Shown in pieces: positions 23,772 to 37,084 of a DNA stretch of 64,000 nt. The stretch lies in contig NW_027191414.1 in NCBI RefSeq assembly GCF_041146345.1, positions 744,001 through 808,000 of the forward strand, read 5' to 3'. The position numbers and the translations under genes are program-made. The DNA comes from Neodothiora populina. Taxonomy: Eukaryota. Each line of letters starts with the position of its first letter. Within the stretch, counting starts at the first letter, position 1. Below the pieces are notes generated by a model. It did not search any database. It was not told the DNA's origin and worked only from the letters and a program-made list of their open reading frames with translations.

Positions 23772-25456
23772 ATGGAAGAGAGTTCCTATGATGACCAGCA
23801 GTTCTGGGGAGGTGCGTTACTTCCGGAAATAGAGTGACACTACCTGAGGTCTGGGTTTGATATCTGACTTGCGATATACAGAATTGGAGGCTATAGTTTC
23901 GGTGCAAAGTAACAACTATGAAGAGATTGATGACTGTCTACGAACATTCATAGACACTGCGGCATGCTCCGATCGTATGTAGTATTTGCTTATCAACCCA
24001 TGGTTGTTCTGTGTTCCCCCCATTCTGACCCATGAAGAGGAATACTGCCTGTCTGAATACGATCTCGCTCGCTGCTGCTATGGCCTACTGGAATCCCGGC
24101 TGTTTCAAGAGAACAAGGATTATGTGCGCCGTCAATTCGTCTTCGGATTGCTCCAGGAGGATGATGCTCGAGTCTTGCACGTCATGGCCGCTGTGCTTCT
24201 GCACGACGGTCGATCAGATGAAGTGGCATTCGAGATGATGCAGGCAGAAGGCGCGTTCACTCAGCTAATCGGTCTGATAAGAGCTGGAAAGGATGATGAC
24301 ACTGGCTTGCACCGGCTGCTTGTTTCGCTATTGGGCGAGATGTCCAGGATACAAAGGCTATCTTGGGCTGATCTTGGTATGCTGGCAGTCGTCTTTCAGT
24401 TCAAATATCGCCTCGTGTCGCTAATGTCGGTTCACAGCAAACGTCGATGATGCCTTCATAATGTATCTTTTCCAACTCATCGAGGAACTTTCTAACGATG
24501 CGAACGATCCGTATCATTATCCTACGATACGCGTGCTGGTATGTTGTTGACGAACCCTGATCTACATCGACACGACATACTGATCAAATGCATAGCTTGT
24601 ACTCAACGAGCAGTACATGTGTCACGCTGCTGGACCCCCAAAAGCAGATGGCACACCCGCCAACACCCTGACAAACCGCATCATCAAGGTCCTCTCGAAC
24701 CATGGTCCAGACTTTCGGACCTTTGGAGAAAATCTTATCCTGTTACTAAATCGCGAATCTGCTCTTGGTCCTCAACTTTTGATTCTGAAGCTGCTCTATC
24801 TGCTATTCACAACACCCCCAACATATGAGTATTTTTATACCAACGACCTACATGTTCTGGTCGATGTCATTATTCGTAATTTACTGGATCTGGACCCAGG
24901 TCCGTATGGAGACGAGGAGACGGATACCCACGGTGAAGGAGGGGGTCAAAGGGCCCTACGCCACACTTACCTTCGTGTACTCTTTCCCTTGCTGAAGAAT
25001 ACGCAACTAGCCCGAGATGAAGGGCACTACAAGAAAGAAGAACTTCGAAAACTACTACACCTCTTGGTTCACGGATCTTCAATGCACTTCGCCCCAGCAG
25101 ACGAGACCGTTGTACGGTTGGTTACACGCTGTCGCCAAGTCGAGTGGATCAGGGAGGAGGAAGATGATCCAGTCGACATACACGCTAGATCCTCCCTCAC
25201 AAGTCCGCCGAGCGATGCTGAAGTGGCAAAGAGGCTGCTAGGCATGAACCTGGCCGAAGCCGGGGAGAGTAATCTAAGTATACTGGACGTCACGGCGAAA
25301 GTGGAAAAGGAAAAACCAATGGTGCCTGCTCCTCGGCGTCGTGGAAAGAAATTGCAACAGGAGCATGATGCCTTGCTTAAACCATCATCGAATCCTCCGT
25401 CGAATCACGATTACAGTGGAGGCAGGAGCCCGTTCGACGATGACAATAATGAATAG
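23772..25456 (+). CDS. LDB17: Ldb17/Dip1/SPIN90-family Arp2/3 activator
   Basis: Start MEESSYDDQQFW, then DPYHYPTIRVLLVLNEQYM, TFGENLILLLNRE and YEYFYTNDLHVLVDVIIRNLLDL. Four introns. Confidence 0.88.
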
Positions 25457-26584
25457 AAAGATAATCTGCTCGTTGAAGACTTTGAGGTCAAATCCCTTAC
25501 TGTGCATGTTATGGTGACCATCCAGCGCTTTCTGCACAAGACTGCCTTGGCATTGCTGCATATGCGATATGGACTCAAGAGCCGTCAACATGGTGACACA
25601 GCTTATGCATCTATGCATTGCCTGAATGTGTTGCATACGCGAATCCTTACACGGTTATGGGTTTGTGTAACGAAGCCAAGTCTCGAACGTCTTGATGGGA
25701 TTACGACTGATGTTCTAGGTCCAGGAGTGTTCTCCTTGCATTGAGTAACATTGGTTGAGCATGCTCACAGTCTAACACGATCCTAGCTCTCCGGTGGGGC
25801 GCGCAAGAAATGGAAGATTTCGCTACAGCTGTGGTGCTCTCCATATCCGGCCGTGAAGAGCGTTCCTGCGTCTCTGTTGTGACACCACATCAAATGTCGC
25901 AAGTACACGCCGGTATTCACACCATCTATAATATACCCTGAGTAGAAGAGTTGTATAGACTCTGACTGCCACCGGGATCACTTTAGCTCTACAGAATCGA
26001 GGAACAAATTGAACATATCACATGCATGACTATTAGAAAGTGCGCCGTTGGTAGAGCGGCTGAGTTGATAAAGCAGGCCACTGAGCTTCATCACTTTATC
26101 CACCTTCGTCACGCCATGTCGTTCCTCGTTCTTCGCGATACGATGCCGCGGAATGGATGCAGCGAAGATTTGGCGTGTTTCCTCAACAACTGTGTAGGCA
26201 TGATAGCACGAGCACTTTGACTGGTCCCAACCACGATGCCTCCTGAACGAGTTGGACTGAGTTTATCCCATGAGTGCGAGGCATAACATACATTGTGTTC
26301 AATATGCGAACCACGAAAGGGGTATGTCTCCAATGTGTCAATGTTGGGAGTCTTCATTCCAAGCAAGGGCATAGGAATCTAGTGAGACATACAGCTCCTT
26401 CAGCATTGCTCAAATGTGGTCTCGAGATAAGCATCATGTATAAGACGGTGGTCTTCCTCAATCATCTTTCTGGTGTCGCTGTTAAAACAAACGAGTCAAA
26501 AGGTGTGCCACTGCGGCCAATATCCCTCGACCTACTCATTGCACACATTCTTTTCTAATGTCATTCATTTCGTCCACACAAGTG

Positions 26585-27904
26585 ATGAGGGCCAACAGGA
26601 GTGTGGCATGGACTGTAGCGTTTGCAGTTGCGATAGCCTTTGCACCCATAGGTCCTACTCGCTCATCCCACATAAGAGATCTCATGACTGACTTATCACA
26701 GGAGCGGCAAATGCGTTGAAGCTGGAACAGCGACAGGCCGATGGTGAGACGAACGGATGTCAGGCTATGTCGCGGAGGTTGTTTACTGACATGACTTCCT
26801 TCAGGACCATCGGAATTTCCTGCTTATGCTGGCTTCCCGCATAGTCCTCTCCTGTCGAGAAGCGACACCATTACGCCCGGTTCCACGTCCTTTGGCAATC
26901 GAGTAGGGACAGCCCTCACTTCGCGACCATCGCCAGGGTTCCCATCAGGGTTACCTAGTGCATCTCCCTCCTATGCCAACTCGACTACTACTACCATCGA
27001 GACGACGGTGATACTGTTCTCTACGACCACCATCACACCATCCGGATCACCGTTCCCTATGTCCAATAGCAGAGTCTTTGCGCCAACTGCTTACAGTCCT
27101 CTCGTTCCATCGGGATCGCCTATCAAACCATCTAATGTTACGTTTTCACCCTCCACAAGCTTCTACCCAAGCTACAAGCCTAGTGGAGCACCGTTTCCAA
27201 TCACGTCCAATATGACAGTATTTGAATCAACTGGCTACCACTACCCCATGCCCACAGGCACCGGGGGTAACCACTCCACCATCTCAGGCCATCCCGTCGT
27301 CTATCCCAATAGCACCCGTATCCGCTCGACCGGATATCTGTCTAGTGCACGTCCGAGCGGTACCCGTCCACATCTGACAACGTGGAATCACACGACGACT
27401 TCACATTCGATCTGGGGCTCGACACATGTCATTCCTCTCTCAACTGGCACTGCACCTTCGGGTTCATTGACCAGCTCGTCAGGAAACCGCACGGGAACAT
27501 TCACGCCACCGACAACCCCCTCATCATCATTAGTTTCAGCATCTATCCCGATCACAAACGACTTCAACACCACCTCATCCTTCCCTACCACCGCGACCGA
27601 AGTCTCCCTCAATTCGACCCTCATAGCCTCGCCAACAGGATCAATGTCCTACTCGACCCCATCATCATTCTTGACTTTCGTCTCGTCTACCTCGTCGGGG
27701 TATATCCCTTTGATGTCTGCTCCGTCGTCGACCCCTGGTGGCGGTGGTGAGGGATATCCTCATCATCCTCATCCTCATCCGCACCCTCATCCGCACCCTC
27801 ATCCGCATCCTCCGTTCCATCCTCACCCGCCTCAGCCCACGCACCCGGATAGTTATCCTCCTGAGGGAGAACATGGAGGGTGGTGGTGGAACAGGAGAGG
27901 TTGA
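26585..27904 (+). CDS. Secreted Ser/Thr/Pro-rich (mucin-like) protein with C-terminal His-Pro repeat
   Basis: Exon 1 (26585-26651) MRANRSVAWTVAFAVAIAFAPIG, exon 2 (26702-26743) AANALKLEQRQAD, and exon 3 from 26805 in frame with the 27008 ORF. Both introns have a CTGAC branch and CAG acceptor. Confidence 0.8.
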
Positions 27905-28336
27905 GTAATGTAGGGATTGGCTTGACTTTCCATCGAGGAGTGACGAGAGATGGTGGCGAAGGGTCATGTGGGCAGTGGAAGGAAAGGGAGGAGATGATGG
28001 GAGGAGATGCGAGGCGGTGGTCTAGTTGTCTTTCTGATATCTCCTCGCTTCTACCGGACAGATGTGGGTTGGTTCCATTCTTATTTCGGGGTCTGACTCT
28101 TGTGTCGTTTGCAATCATTAATATAATCAGATTGCTTTACTTTGCTTTACGGATGTCAAATGGATTTGATGCAGCCATGACTTCCTGGTGTCCCCAATGT
28201 CTTCTGTTCACACAACGTGACGATGTAATCTCTCGCTTGCCACATGCTCGCACTCATGGTCTATGACACAAGGAGTCGTTGATTCTGTTTCAATCGGAAA
28301 CTAAAACGTCTCTCGACGGGATTGATCATTGTCCAT

Positions 28337-31127
28337 CTATTTCTCAATAGCAAAATTACTCCCGCTCTCCACGACCTTGCCCTGCTCCACAAGCCCAGCA
28401 AGAAGCCACTTCGTCTCATCATCCCCATACGCATATCCACCAGGCACCACCATCTTCATCATCATAGTGATGCGCGCGGGATCCATGGCGCCGCCATTAG
28501 TCAGCATGCCCGCGATGAAAAGCTCGTACATTTCCTTGTTGTCGCGCAGCACTGCGTCTTGGGTCTTGACGGCCGAGATGGCCGCGTCAGCTGCTGGTAT
28601 GGCTGTGGGCGCGGGGGCGGGAGCGTCGTCTTCGGATGGTAGAGTCTCGAGGACGCGGTATGTGTCTGGTTCATTCGCCTCGACGAGCACTCTTTGTGCG
28701 ACCCAGAAGGCGATGGCGTTGCGTACTAGCTCTTCGTCCATCGAGAGGGATTCTTCTAATTGCTGCACTGTTTTTGAGCCGTTTGAAGTATCGCCGTCCG
28801 CGCCTTCGACTTGTTGGAAGGCGTAGATTACGCTGGCTTGCCATGTCTGTACCGAGTCAATCTTGACTGTGCGGTCTTCTAGCTCGAGCTCGACGGCGAC
28901 GCGGCCCAGTCCGTGCAGCCAGTGGAGTTTGCGTAGATTCTTGACTCGCTCAAAGTCCTGCTCATAGGCCCTCTGCATCGCACTGATAGGAGCAGGAACG
29001 TCGAACTCGTCTTCTCGTAGACTTGGCCAGAAGAACGACGATAGGATGAGTGTGGAGAAGCGGGGGGCTCCGTCGGCTGGAGCACTGCCTGGCTTGGGCA
29101 GCAGCAAGCTAGTCGCTTTGTCGCTGATGGCCACTTCTTTGACCAGTTTGATGAATTGCTGATTGGCGGTGTCATTGCGTGGTATCCGAGAGGAGAATGT
29201 TTCGATGAGTCCGTGTATAGTGATACCCTTCTCAGGCAGCGCAGCGATGATTTCTTGTGAGGTCGGGAATGTGGAGGTCCCTTGGGGTCTTAAAGTTGTG
29301 TTCATTCTCTTGGACTCGAGTATATCACGTAGCATAACCTCGCACGACTGCAGGCCATCCGGTCCGAACCTGGCTTTGAACAGCTCAACGAGTCGTATCT
29401 CTTTATCGAGCTCTGACGCTGCACTCTCTTGTGTGAGCAGGCGTTCACCAAGCAAGGCCTGCACCTCCTGAATGAAGTCGCCGCGATCGAACAATGTCAG
29501 CATAAAGGACATTATATCGTCACTCTTGGATTTCTTGTAGTCTTGAGACAATGTCAGCGAACATTCTTCAAACGTGAGTCAATATTAACATACCTGGACC
29601 AGCATCTATTGGATCAGGTACCCACGTCATATCATCCCAGTCCAAACCTTTTTCGTCGACATTCATCTCCTCCCCTTCGGAAAGAGCTATCTCTCTGGCT
29701 AGCTCGGTGCAAACATCGTCAGATGGGTTTGACACATTTCCTTGAGCATCGACATCGGCCAAGAAACTTGCTGCAATGACACGGACGGAGTTGTCTCGTT
29801 GTCGCAGATAGGAGCGTAATGGAGAAGCAACTTTGTCCAACAGCACACCTCTCGAGTCAAGAGCCTTGAATGCGTAGATGACATTGATGTACATGCTCAG
29901 AAGCTCGGGGGTTGTGACGCCAGCATGTAAGATCCGCCGTGCCATCTGTTGACTGAAGGAGTTTGCCAGGAGCAGCTTGCTCTCGGCCGAGGTTTGCATA
30001 TAGTCTTTGAGATCTAGTATGGCGCCAGTGGAATGATCCCACGCCCTGACATATTCAAAGAGATGCCTCATCCTCTGATGAGCAAGCTTTTCGAGGGCGA
30101 GCTTCTCCCAGTCTGAAATCTCGCTTTCGAAGAGAGAGATGTCAGGCTTGTCAGTCAAACATTGCAGGCAATGGACGGCCGCGGGAGCGAAGGCGCGGTG
30201 TATCCAAGAACGGAGGCGAGCAGCGACACTCTGTCGCCCGACCCAGTCAACTTTCATTGCTGGACTCTGAACATAGCTGAGGATGACCGAGTTCATAGCA
30301 TGCGCAAGGGCGTTTTGGCCGTGATCATAACCGAGCCCGGCACGGCGAAGTCTCACCAATAAGGTCTCGGTGGCTTCGGCGTGAGATGTTGCTGGACCAG
30401 GATCTGGACCGAGGAGCCAGGCGCAAATGGAACGATGCAAGACGAACGTCACCGTTTTGAAGATACGTTGTAAAGGCAGGCTATGGAGAGCATTTGCATA
30501 GATACGCTCAAGTACAGAAGAGCGTAAGTCCGTCACTGAGGTCACCAAAGGGTGGCGTTGGTTAGCTGCCAGCCAACGATCCAGTGGCCCAGTGAGATTG
30601 TTATGGAACAATATGAGCAAGTCAAGTGTGCTTGAAAGAACATCTTCTGCATTCGAAGTTGCGATAGGCTAAAGGGTGATCAGCAGCGAGACCTCTTTTT
30701 GCACTCCCGGACGTGATGGGCCGACTGACAGAGTTCCATAAGGGTTCAATGTTGGCCGGAAGGAATGCCTCTTGATGGGCCTGAGCTGCTGCTGAGACGT
30801 GGTCTACCTTGAGAAGGATCAGCACGATGGGCGGAAAATCGTAGACGAATAACTTACAAGGCGATGGCGAGCAGATTCGCTGGAGAGTACTAACGCCAGA
30901 GCTTCATCAAGACCTGGCGTTGAAGCAGCACGACTAGATGCATCGGCAGCCGAGGAAGATGGCAATTGCAGCCAATGTATTATTTCTTGCCATGCATCAT
31001 TATAGTCTTGCGAAGCATTGAAGTCAAAGTGATCGTCCCCTAAGAGGGTATCAGAGTGAGGGTAGAAGACGGACAGGAAGAGCTTCTCATCGTGGTCCGA
31101 GGCGAAACTCGATTCTGCAACAGTCAT
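28337..31127 (-). CDS. APC2: Anaphase-promoting complex subunit 2 (cullin-like)
   Basis: RILHAGVTT, LDSRGVLLDKV, WVPDPIDAGP, LQSCEVMLRD, ILSSFFWP, RKLHWL and a C-terminal winged helix (FIAGMLTNGGAM). Three introns. Confidence 0.93.
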
Positions 31128-31687
31128 TGCAGCAGAGCATGACTCTCCGGGACGACCCTTGGAAAAGTATTGCGGCGTACCGTACAAGATGAATGCTCGG
31201 CTATTGAGCCACGCTATTGCATGGTGTATTTGACTGCATCTATCAATAAACACGGAAACACATGACGTGAAATTACAGTTCAACCCGTTTGCAGAAGTGG
31301 CTTGGGTGGATCGGGTAGTGACACAGATGGGGAAGGACCGGGAACGGCATTAGCGCGGGGGAGAAGGAGCAATTGGAGCAATCAATCTAACAATCTAATA
31401 CAGTAGTCCATCAACCAATCAATCAATCAGCGCATCACTCGAGCCATCTTGCTATTGCTAATCTCAATCATTGCTCCACGGACTTCGCTTGGTCCTTGAC
31501 CGTCGAGACATGACCTGGTCCTCGTCGTAATCCAACTATGCCGCCCTGGCTGCTCCCTCTACATTGTCTACTGGACACAGCTCTACCTACGATAGCACAC
31601 GGCGACAGGCCCCGCAGAGCAAGCGAGCAGATGTACATGTACAGACCTCGAAGAAAGTGAAGGGTGTGCGAAAGAAAGGAACAAAGA

Positions 31688-34236
31688 ATGGAGGCACAAT
31701 CAGCACTCAAGGCCCCGAGTAGTCTTCACGCCAGCCTCGGTCTTGTCGAGCGGACTAGAGACGAGGCACTCCAGCAGCCCACGACACCCACGACAGGTGC
31801 CGAGTCAGAAGGAGGAGGACAAGAAGGAGGATCACAAGAAGGAGGAGGACAAGGGGAAATGACAACGAAAGGATCCAGCCTGAATCCGGCTACTGCTCTG
31901 CCACCTCTGCCCGATACGCAAGCTTCGTCCTCGGGGGCAGCACACATTCAACGAACAGAGGCTATCAGGAAACCGCTCGGCCTGCTCGATCTGCCCGTCG
32001 ATATCTTGAAGGAGGTGGTCAAGCAATTCACCCACACCAACGACTTGACCTCTCTCGCTCTGTGTCATTCCGCCCTGCATCGTCTGGTGATCCCACACAT
32101 CTACAGCCGCTTCGACATAGTATGGCCTGACACCGTCACTCCCACCGAGCCACGCACCGGCGTCGATGCCCTCACCTACGGTCTGGCCACCCTGGTCATG
32201 GCCCACGACGTGTTTGGCGAAGAGTCTCCGTTCGTTAGACCCGAGGCGAGCGACAAGACAGGCGAGAACAGCGACATCAACTCTAGAGTCCGCCGCCGCA
32301 AGGGCAATTACTATGCCCATTTTACCCGCAAGTTTTCTCTCGGCAATGGTCCTCCCGAGTGGACACAGGAGTATCTCATCTCCAAGGAAGCTGGAAAAAT
32401 GCTCGGCACACTCGTCGCATTGGCTGTCGGTCGTATGCGCAACCTCGAGACCTTTATCTGGGACATGCCGACCGGGATACTGCGTGATGTATGGCTTGCT
32501 CTGTCGTCCCTCGCTGATCGCAGTGATGGCCAGCCCTGTCGCCTCCAACGAGTCGCTGTGCGTTGTCATGACAACTCGCTTGAACCGAATGCTCTCCCCT
32601 CGCATCACCCTCCATTGCCTGGATCGGCCAACCCACCGCTGGACCATGTTGAACGCCCTTCCTTCTCTATCCTTCCTCCGCTGGCTTCTCTCTCCGTACT
32701 CCAGATCGATGAGCTTCAGTATGTGGACGAACTGAGTCTGCTGCTTGGTCGCTCTCAATCTGTGTTGAAGGAATTACGAATCGGTATCACTTCTTTCACA
32801 CCGGACTGGGTCCAGGTTTGGGAAGGCGAGGAATTTCATCAGGTCGACAGAGACAACACTACAGCCAGTTCGGTGACGCTAGGTCCGAAGAGGCTCGGCG
32901 GTGTGCTAGGCGTTCTCACTGCCTGGATCTTTGACATGCGCTGGCTATATAATGAATCTCAATCTCAGTCACTTGCCAATCGTTCAACGATCGCATCAGC
33001 AGGCCTGGTAGGGCAACCTACGCCTACAGATGCCGCGATCGGATCAGGACCCTCTGAGACTAGCTTCGTCGACAAGATCAGAACTGTACTCCCAGATCGT
33101 ACCTTGCTAACAAAACCTCCTGCAATCGATGCGCCCTCGGTCAGTTCGCCCTTGCTTGCTCACGCTGAGGACAGATCAGAACACACGCAGCACAAGCGAC
33201 TGTCACTTGAGACGCTCGAACTTGAACGCGTTCCCCTGTCCATCCCTGTTCTGCAGCACACCGTCGATTGGACCGTACTCACAAGCCTGACCCTGTTGCA
33301 ATGTCCTAACCATGAGGATCTATGGAAGCTCCTCAAGCGCCTTTATCCGCCTTCTGTGTTACCTGATAAACGCCACGGACGCTCATCCAACAGCACCGAG
33401 TACAAGCTGAAACTGACCAAGATCCATTGCGACACTGTCTCGAATTCTCTCCTGGGCTTCATCAAAGAGACGCTCGAACCGAATTCGCTCAAGTTTTTGA
33501 TACTGCAAGAAGCCAGCCGATCAGACGACATGATTGTACCGATCGACGCAATCTTCCGCAAAGCCATCCGCAAACATCGCAGCAGTCTCAAAAAGATACT
33601 GATAGACAGCAGCGAAAGGGGAGCCGAGGGCCAACTGCTGAGCAACTCGCGATCGCGCCGGTGGATGCTCACTCGAGAGATGCTCGACTTCATCACGAGT
33701 GGGAAAATGCCATGTCTGCAGGAGTTGGGTGGCACGGTCGATTATCGCGACTGGGTGCGTGTTTTGTCTCTGCTTTTCGCCCTCAGCACTTGCTAATCGT
33801 ATATCATACAGCATTTCCTCTTACAGCATCTACCATTCGTCCCTCACCTCCGCTCATTGTACATACCATACATGGCCAACTACGTGCACGGCAACGTGAT
33901 AACAGAACCGCGTGAGCTCGCCATGCAAATCGTCGACATCGTCGCTCTCCGGCCCGAGATCGAACTCTGCTACCTCGGCATAGCGCGGAAGTGTTTCGAG
34001 ATCCTAGACCCTCCGATCAAAGGCGGTGTCAGCAGCAATGGAAGAAGCAGCGGCCACAACATCGACGACGGCAGGGGCGGCGTGCCAGCCACAAACGACG
34101 ACGAAGACGACGAAGACGCAGAAGAGGACGACGACGAAGCTATCGACGGCGGCGCCAGACACGCGATCATCAGAGGCCACAACACCGACACCCGCAGCCG
34201 ACGGTCGAGCTCCGGCGGCACAGAAGTCGCAGACGA

Positions 34237-34267
<31 letters not shown>

Positions 34268-34417
34268 GGAAGCGACTCAGATGACGACGAGGACGGAACG
34301 AACGTGCCGCGAGACAGTCGTCGTGCCTCGAGTAGAGGGACTCAGTTCTCGCTGCGTGAGATTCTTTATTATGATGATAGGGTCACCATTTTCAAGGCTC
34401 GTCATGGGAGATTATAA
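31688..34417 (+). CDS. F-box domain protein with LRR/RNI-like region
   Basis: F-box LLDLPVDILKEV...DLTSLALCHSALH, blocks GVDALTYGLATLVM and FIWDMPTGILRDVW, intron 33755-33811, and C-terminus LREILYYDDRVTIFKARHGRL. Confidence 0.88.
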
Positions 34418-35015
34418 GTAGAAAAGAGAAAGAATGGGTTAATTACTGCTCCAGAAACAGACTGGGGAAAAGGTTCAATCGAGGGCGGCGAGATATGTAA
34501 GAGACAAATCAAGAAAGGGGAGGCTTCACAGCCGAAGGATGGAATGGGAGGCGTTTTGTTTTCTGCTTCTTTTGGATGGGACTTTCCGGGGGGAGAGGGG
34601 GGGGGGGGTGCCAGAGAACAGAGATGGCAAGTTCTAGGACGGAAGCGATGGATGGATGGATACACACGATTAGGCAACTACCTTACCTTAAAACTTTCAA
34701 TAACGGTTAGCGAGGGCGTGGGAAGGCAGGGCGGGTTCGTTTCTTGGTTCTTTTCTCTCTCATTCTGCGTCTTGACTGCTTTTGCGATTCTCTGCTTATT
34801 CTTTCTACTTTCTTTCTTTCTATTCCTTCCATTCATGGCGTTCTTTCGAGAAAGCGAGAATACAGCCTTTTTAATCCTCTCTTTTCCTTCGGTTGACCTG
34901 AGGTAATTGTCTGGCTGTCTGGTTGGATCTTGTAATTAATGAGTCGTGCTCAGGCCCCTTTTTCTATTTCTCTTCTTCTCTATTGAACTTCTTTATCCCT
35001 TTATCTCTAGATAAT

Positions 35016-37084
35016 TCACTTCCTCCCCATATCCTCGACCACGCTCCAAAACCCCTTCTTCTGCTCCCCATCCTCCACATCAACACCAAGTCTCCACTCA
35101 GCATCGCGGCCCGCCCCACAACTATCCAGCACCAAGGTGCCCAGGCTTCCATCAACTCTCACAACGATCCTGCGGCTGTCGTCGCTGCTAGATACGATGC
35201 CTGTGCGGTCGTTGTATCTCCATTCCTTGCTGTTGCTGCCGCTGCTGCTGCTGCTGCTGCTGCTGTTGTTGTTGACAGAAGGAGAAGAGGAGGAAGATGA
35301 GGGAGGAGAAGAAGATGCGATTTGTTGGGCCAAGGAATCGGATAGCATGGCGTCTAGGTAGTCGACTAGGTCTTCGACGTCGGTGAAGTCTGCTGAGGAG
35401 GGGATGGTAGTGATATTGCCGTTCGTTGATGATAATGAGGGGGTAGTGGTGGGAGAAGAAGACAACGCCAAGTTGATGCGGCTGCCTAGGGCGGGCGTCA
35501 GACTCGACGTGTGGATGTGAAGGGTGAAGTCCGCAAAGTATGTTTCAGACGACGATGATGTCGAAAGTGACAGCGAGGCGCGAGAAGTGATGGGCTTCAT
35601 CATGCGGCCGACGAGCAGGTGCATGTTCTCGGCACTGTCGCGCAATGACGACGAGTCGAGCTGTGTGCGCTTCATCGAAGCAGTGATGGAAGCGCGAGAG
35701 AGGAGCTTCTCGAGGCGGTCGAGGTGGGTGTCTATGGCTGCCGATAGGGACTGGTGGTGCAGGAGCGCCATCACTGGACGGAGGATGGGAGCGACGGGCG
35801 TGTCGTGGCGGGACAGAGCCATGGGTGGTGGAATCTGCGAGCGGCGTCGGAGTCTCTCTCTGTGCGTGTAGGACAACAAGAGGCGGAAGACGAGGGCGAT
35901 GGCTTGAGCCTGCTGGATGTGATGCGCTTGTTCTTCGTCTGCGCTGGAGTCGATGGTGTCGGTTGATACCAGGTCGATAAGTACAGTGTCGAAAGCAGTG
36001 GACGCTGTCAGATGGCTTTGATGTGCGTCCAGTCGAGTCGGAATGGAAATGGTGGATCCACGCATCTCGACGCCGTAGGAGCCCAGGGTGCGTGATTCTC
36101 GGATGATATCATAGAAGAGCTCTTCCTCGTACAGCGAGTCTCTCGCAGCGCGGATTCGAGTTTCCAGCGTCGTTGCGGCATCGGCTGGTATCTGTGGCGG
36201 TGTGGAAGAAGCGATGACGCGCCCATTTCGTGTTGTGCGTACTCTGATGGTCTTGGAATCGTTGCCGAAGCCTTTGTCGAGCACAACATTTCCCGCTTCG
36301 TCTGCTCTGAGAGCGGCCAGACCTCGATCGCGGTATTCGCCCAGAGCCTCGAGGAAGCCGAAGCGCACGCCGAGGTTGTGTTTCTCGCGCGGCATACGGC
36401 AGATTGACCAGCCCTTTTCGCTGACCGACAAGACATTCTCCCAGTATCGCGTCTCGCGCTTGACCGTCTTCTGCAGCCGGGCCGCGGCATCGAGCAAAGA
36501 ATCGGCGCAGTTCTGGAGCGAATCGATCCTCCAGCTACGCGAGATGGTTTCGTCCGTCGCTTGTGCCTCTTTGTCGACGGGCATGTTGCTCCACATGTCC
36601 ATGCCCAGAGTGCCTGGGTTGACGAATTGTTTGAGGTGGGGAGACATGGTCAGCTCGGCCTGTTTGGGCGCGTCCTTGGAGAGCAGCAGCGACACGAAAT
36701 CGAGGGCCATGAGGGCTTCGTTCTGGGCGGAACTGGAGGCAGAATGAATTAATAACGTCGAGTGATGAGACGATGGAGGAAGTGATACGCTACGTGGCCC
36801 ACCATCTCCATCCTTGCAGCCTGTAGTTGCTCGCGCCGACTCCCGCCATCCGCGTCTTGAGCCTGAGCCTCGACGGCGCCATCTTCCTCGTCATCTGTGT
36901 CCGAACTATTGTCCTGTCCTTCGTCGGCGGCCATCTCAGCTTCCAGTGAGGCCTCGGTCATGTGTCTAAAGTGGCCTCGTTCATCGTAGATGCGGCCCAG
37001 GATGGCCTTGAGGGATGCGGCATCTTCGTCGTGACGTGCTGCCGGCAGCAGGGCGGACGGTAGAGTGTGCAGAGACTTGGCCAT
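35016..37084 (-). CDS. MED17: Mediator subunit 17 (Srb4)
   Basis: RIYDERGHFRHMTEASLEAEM, intron 36733-36788, AQNEALMALDFVSLLLSK, LGVRFGFLEA...DRGLAALR and ARDSLYEEELF. Confidence 0.92.

Noticed and set aside
34400..34417. C-terminal GRL of the F-box protein as a peroxisomal PTS1
   Set aside because: Gly at -3 is non-canonical, and the tail looks like part of a conserved structural motif.
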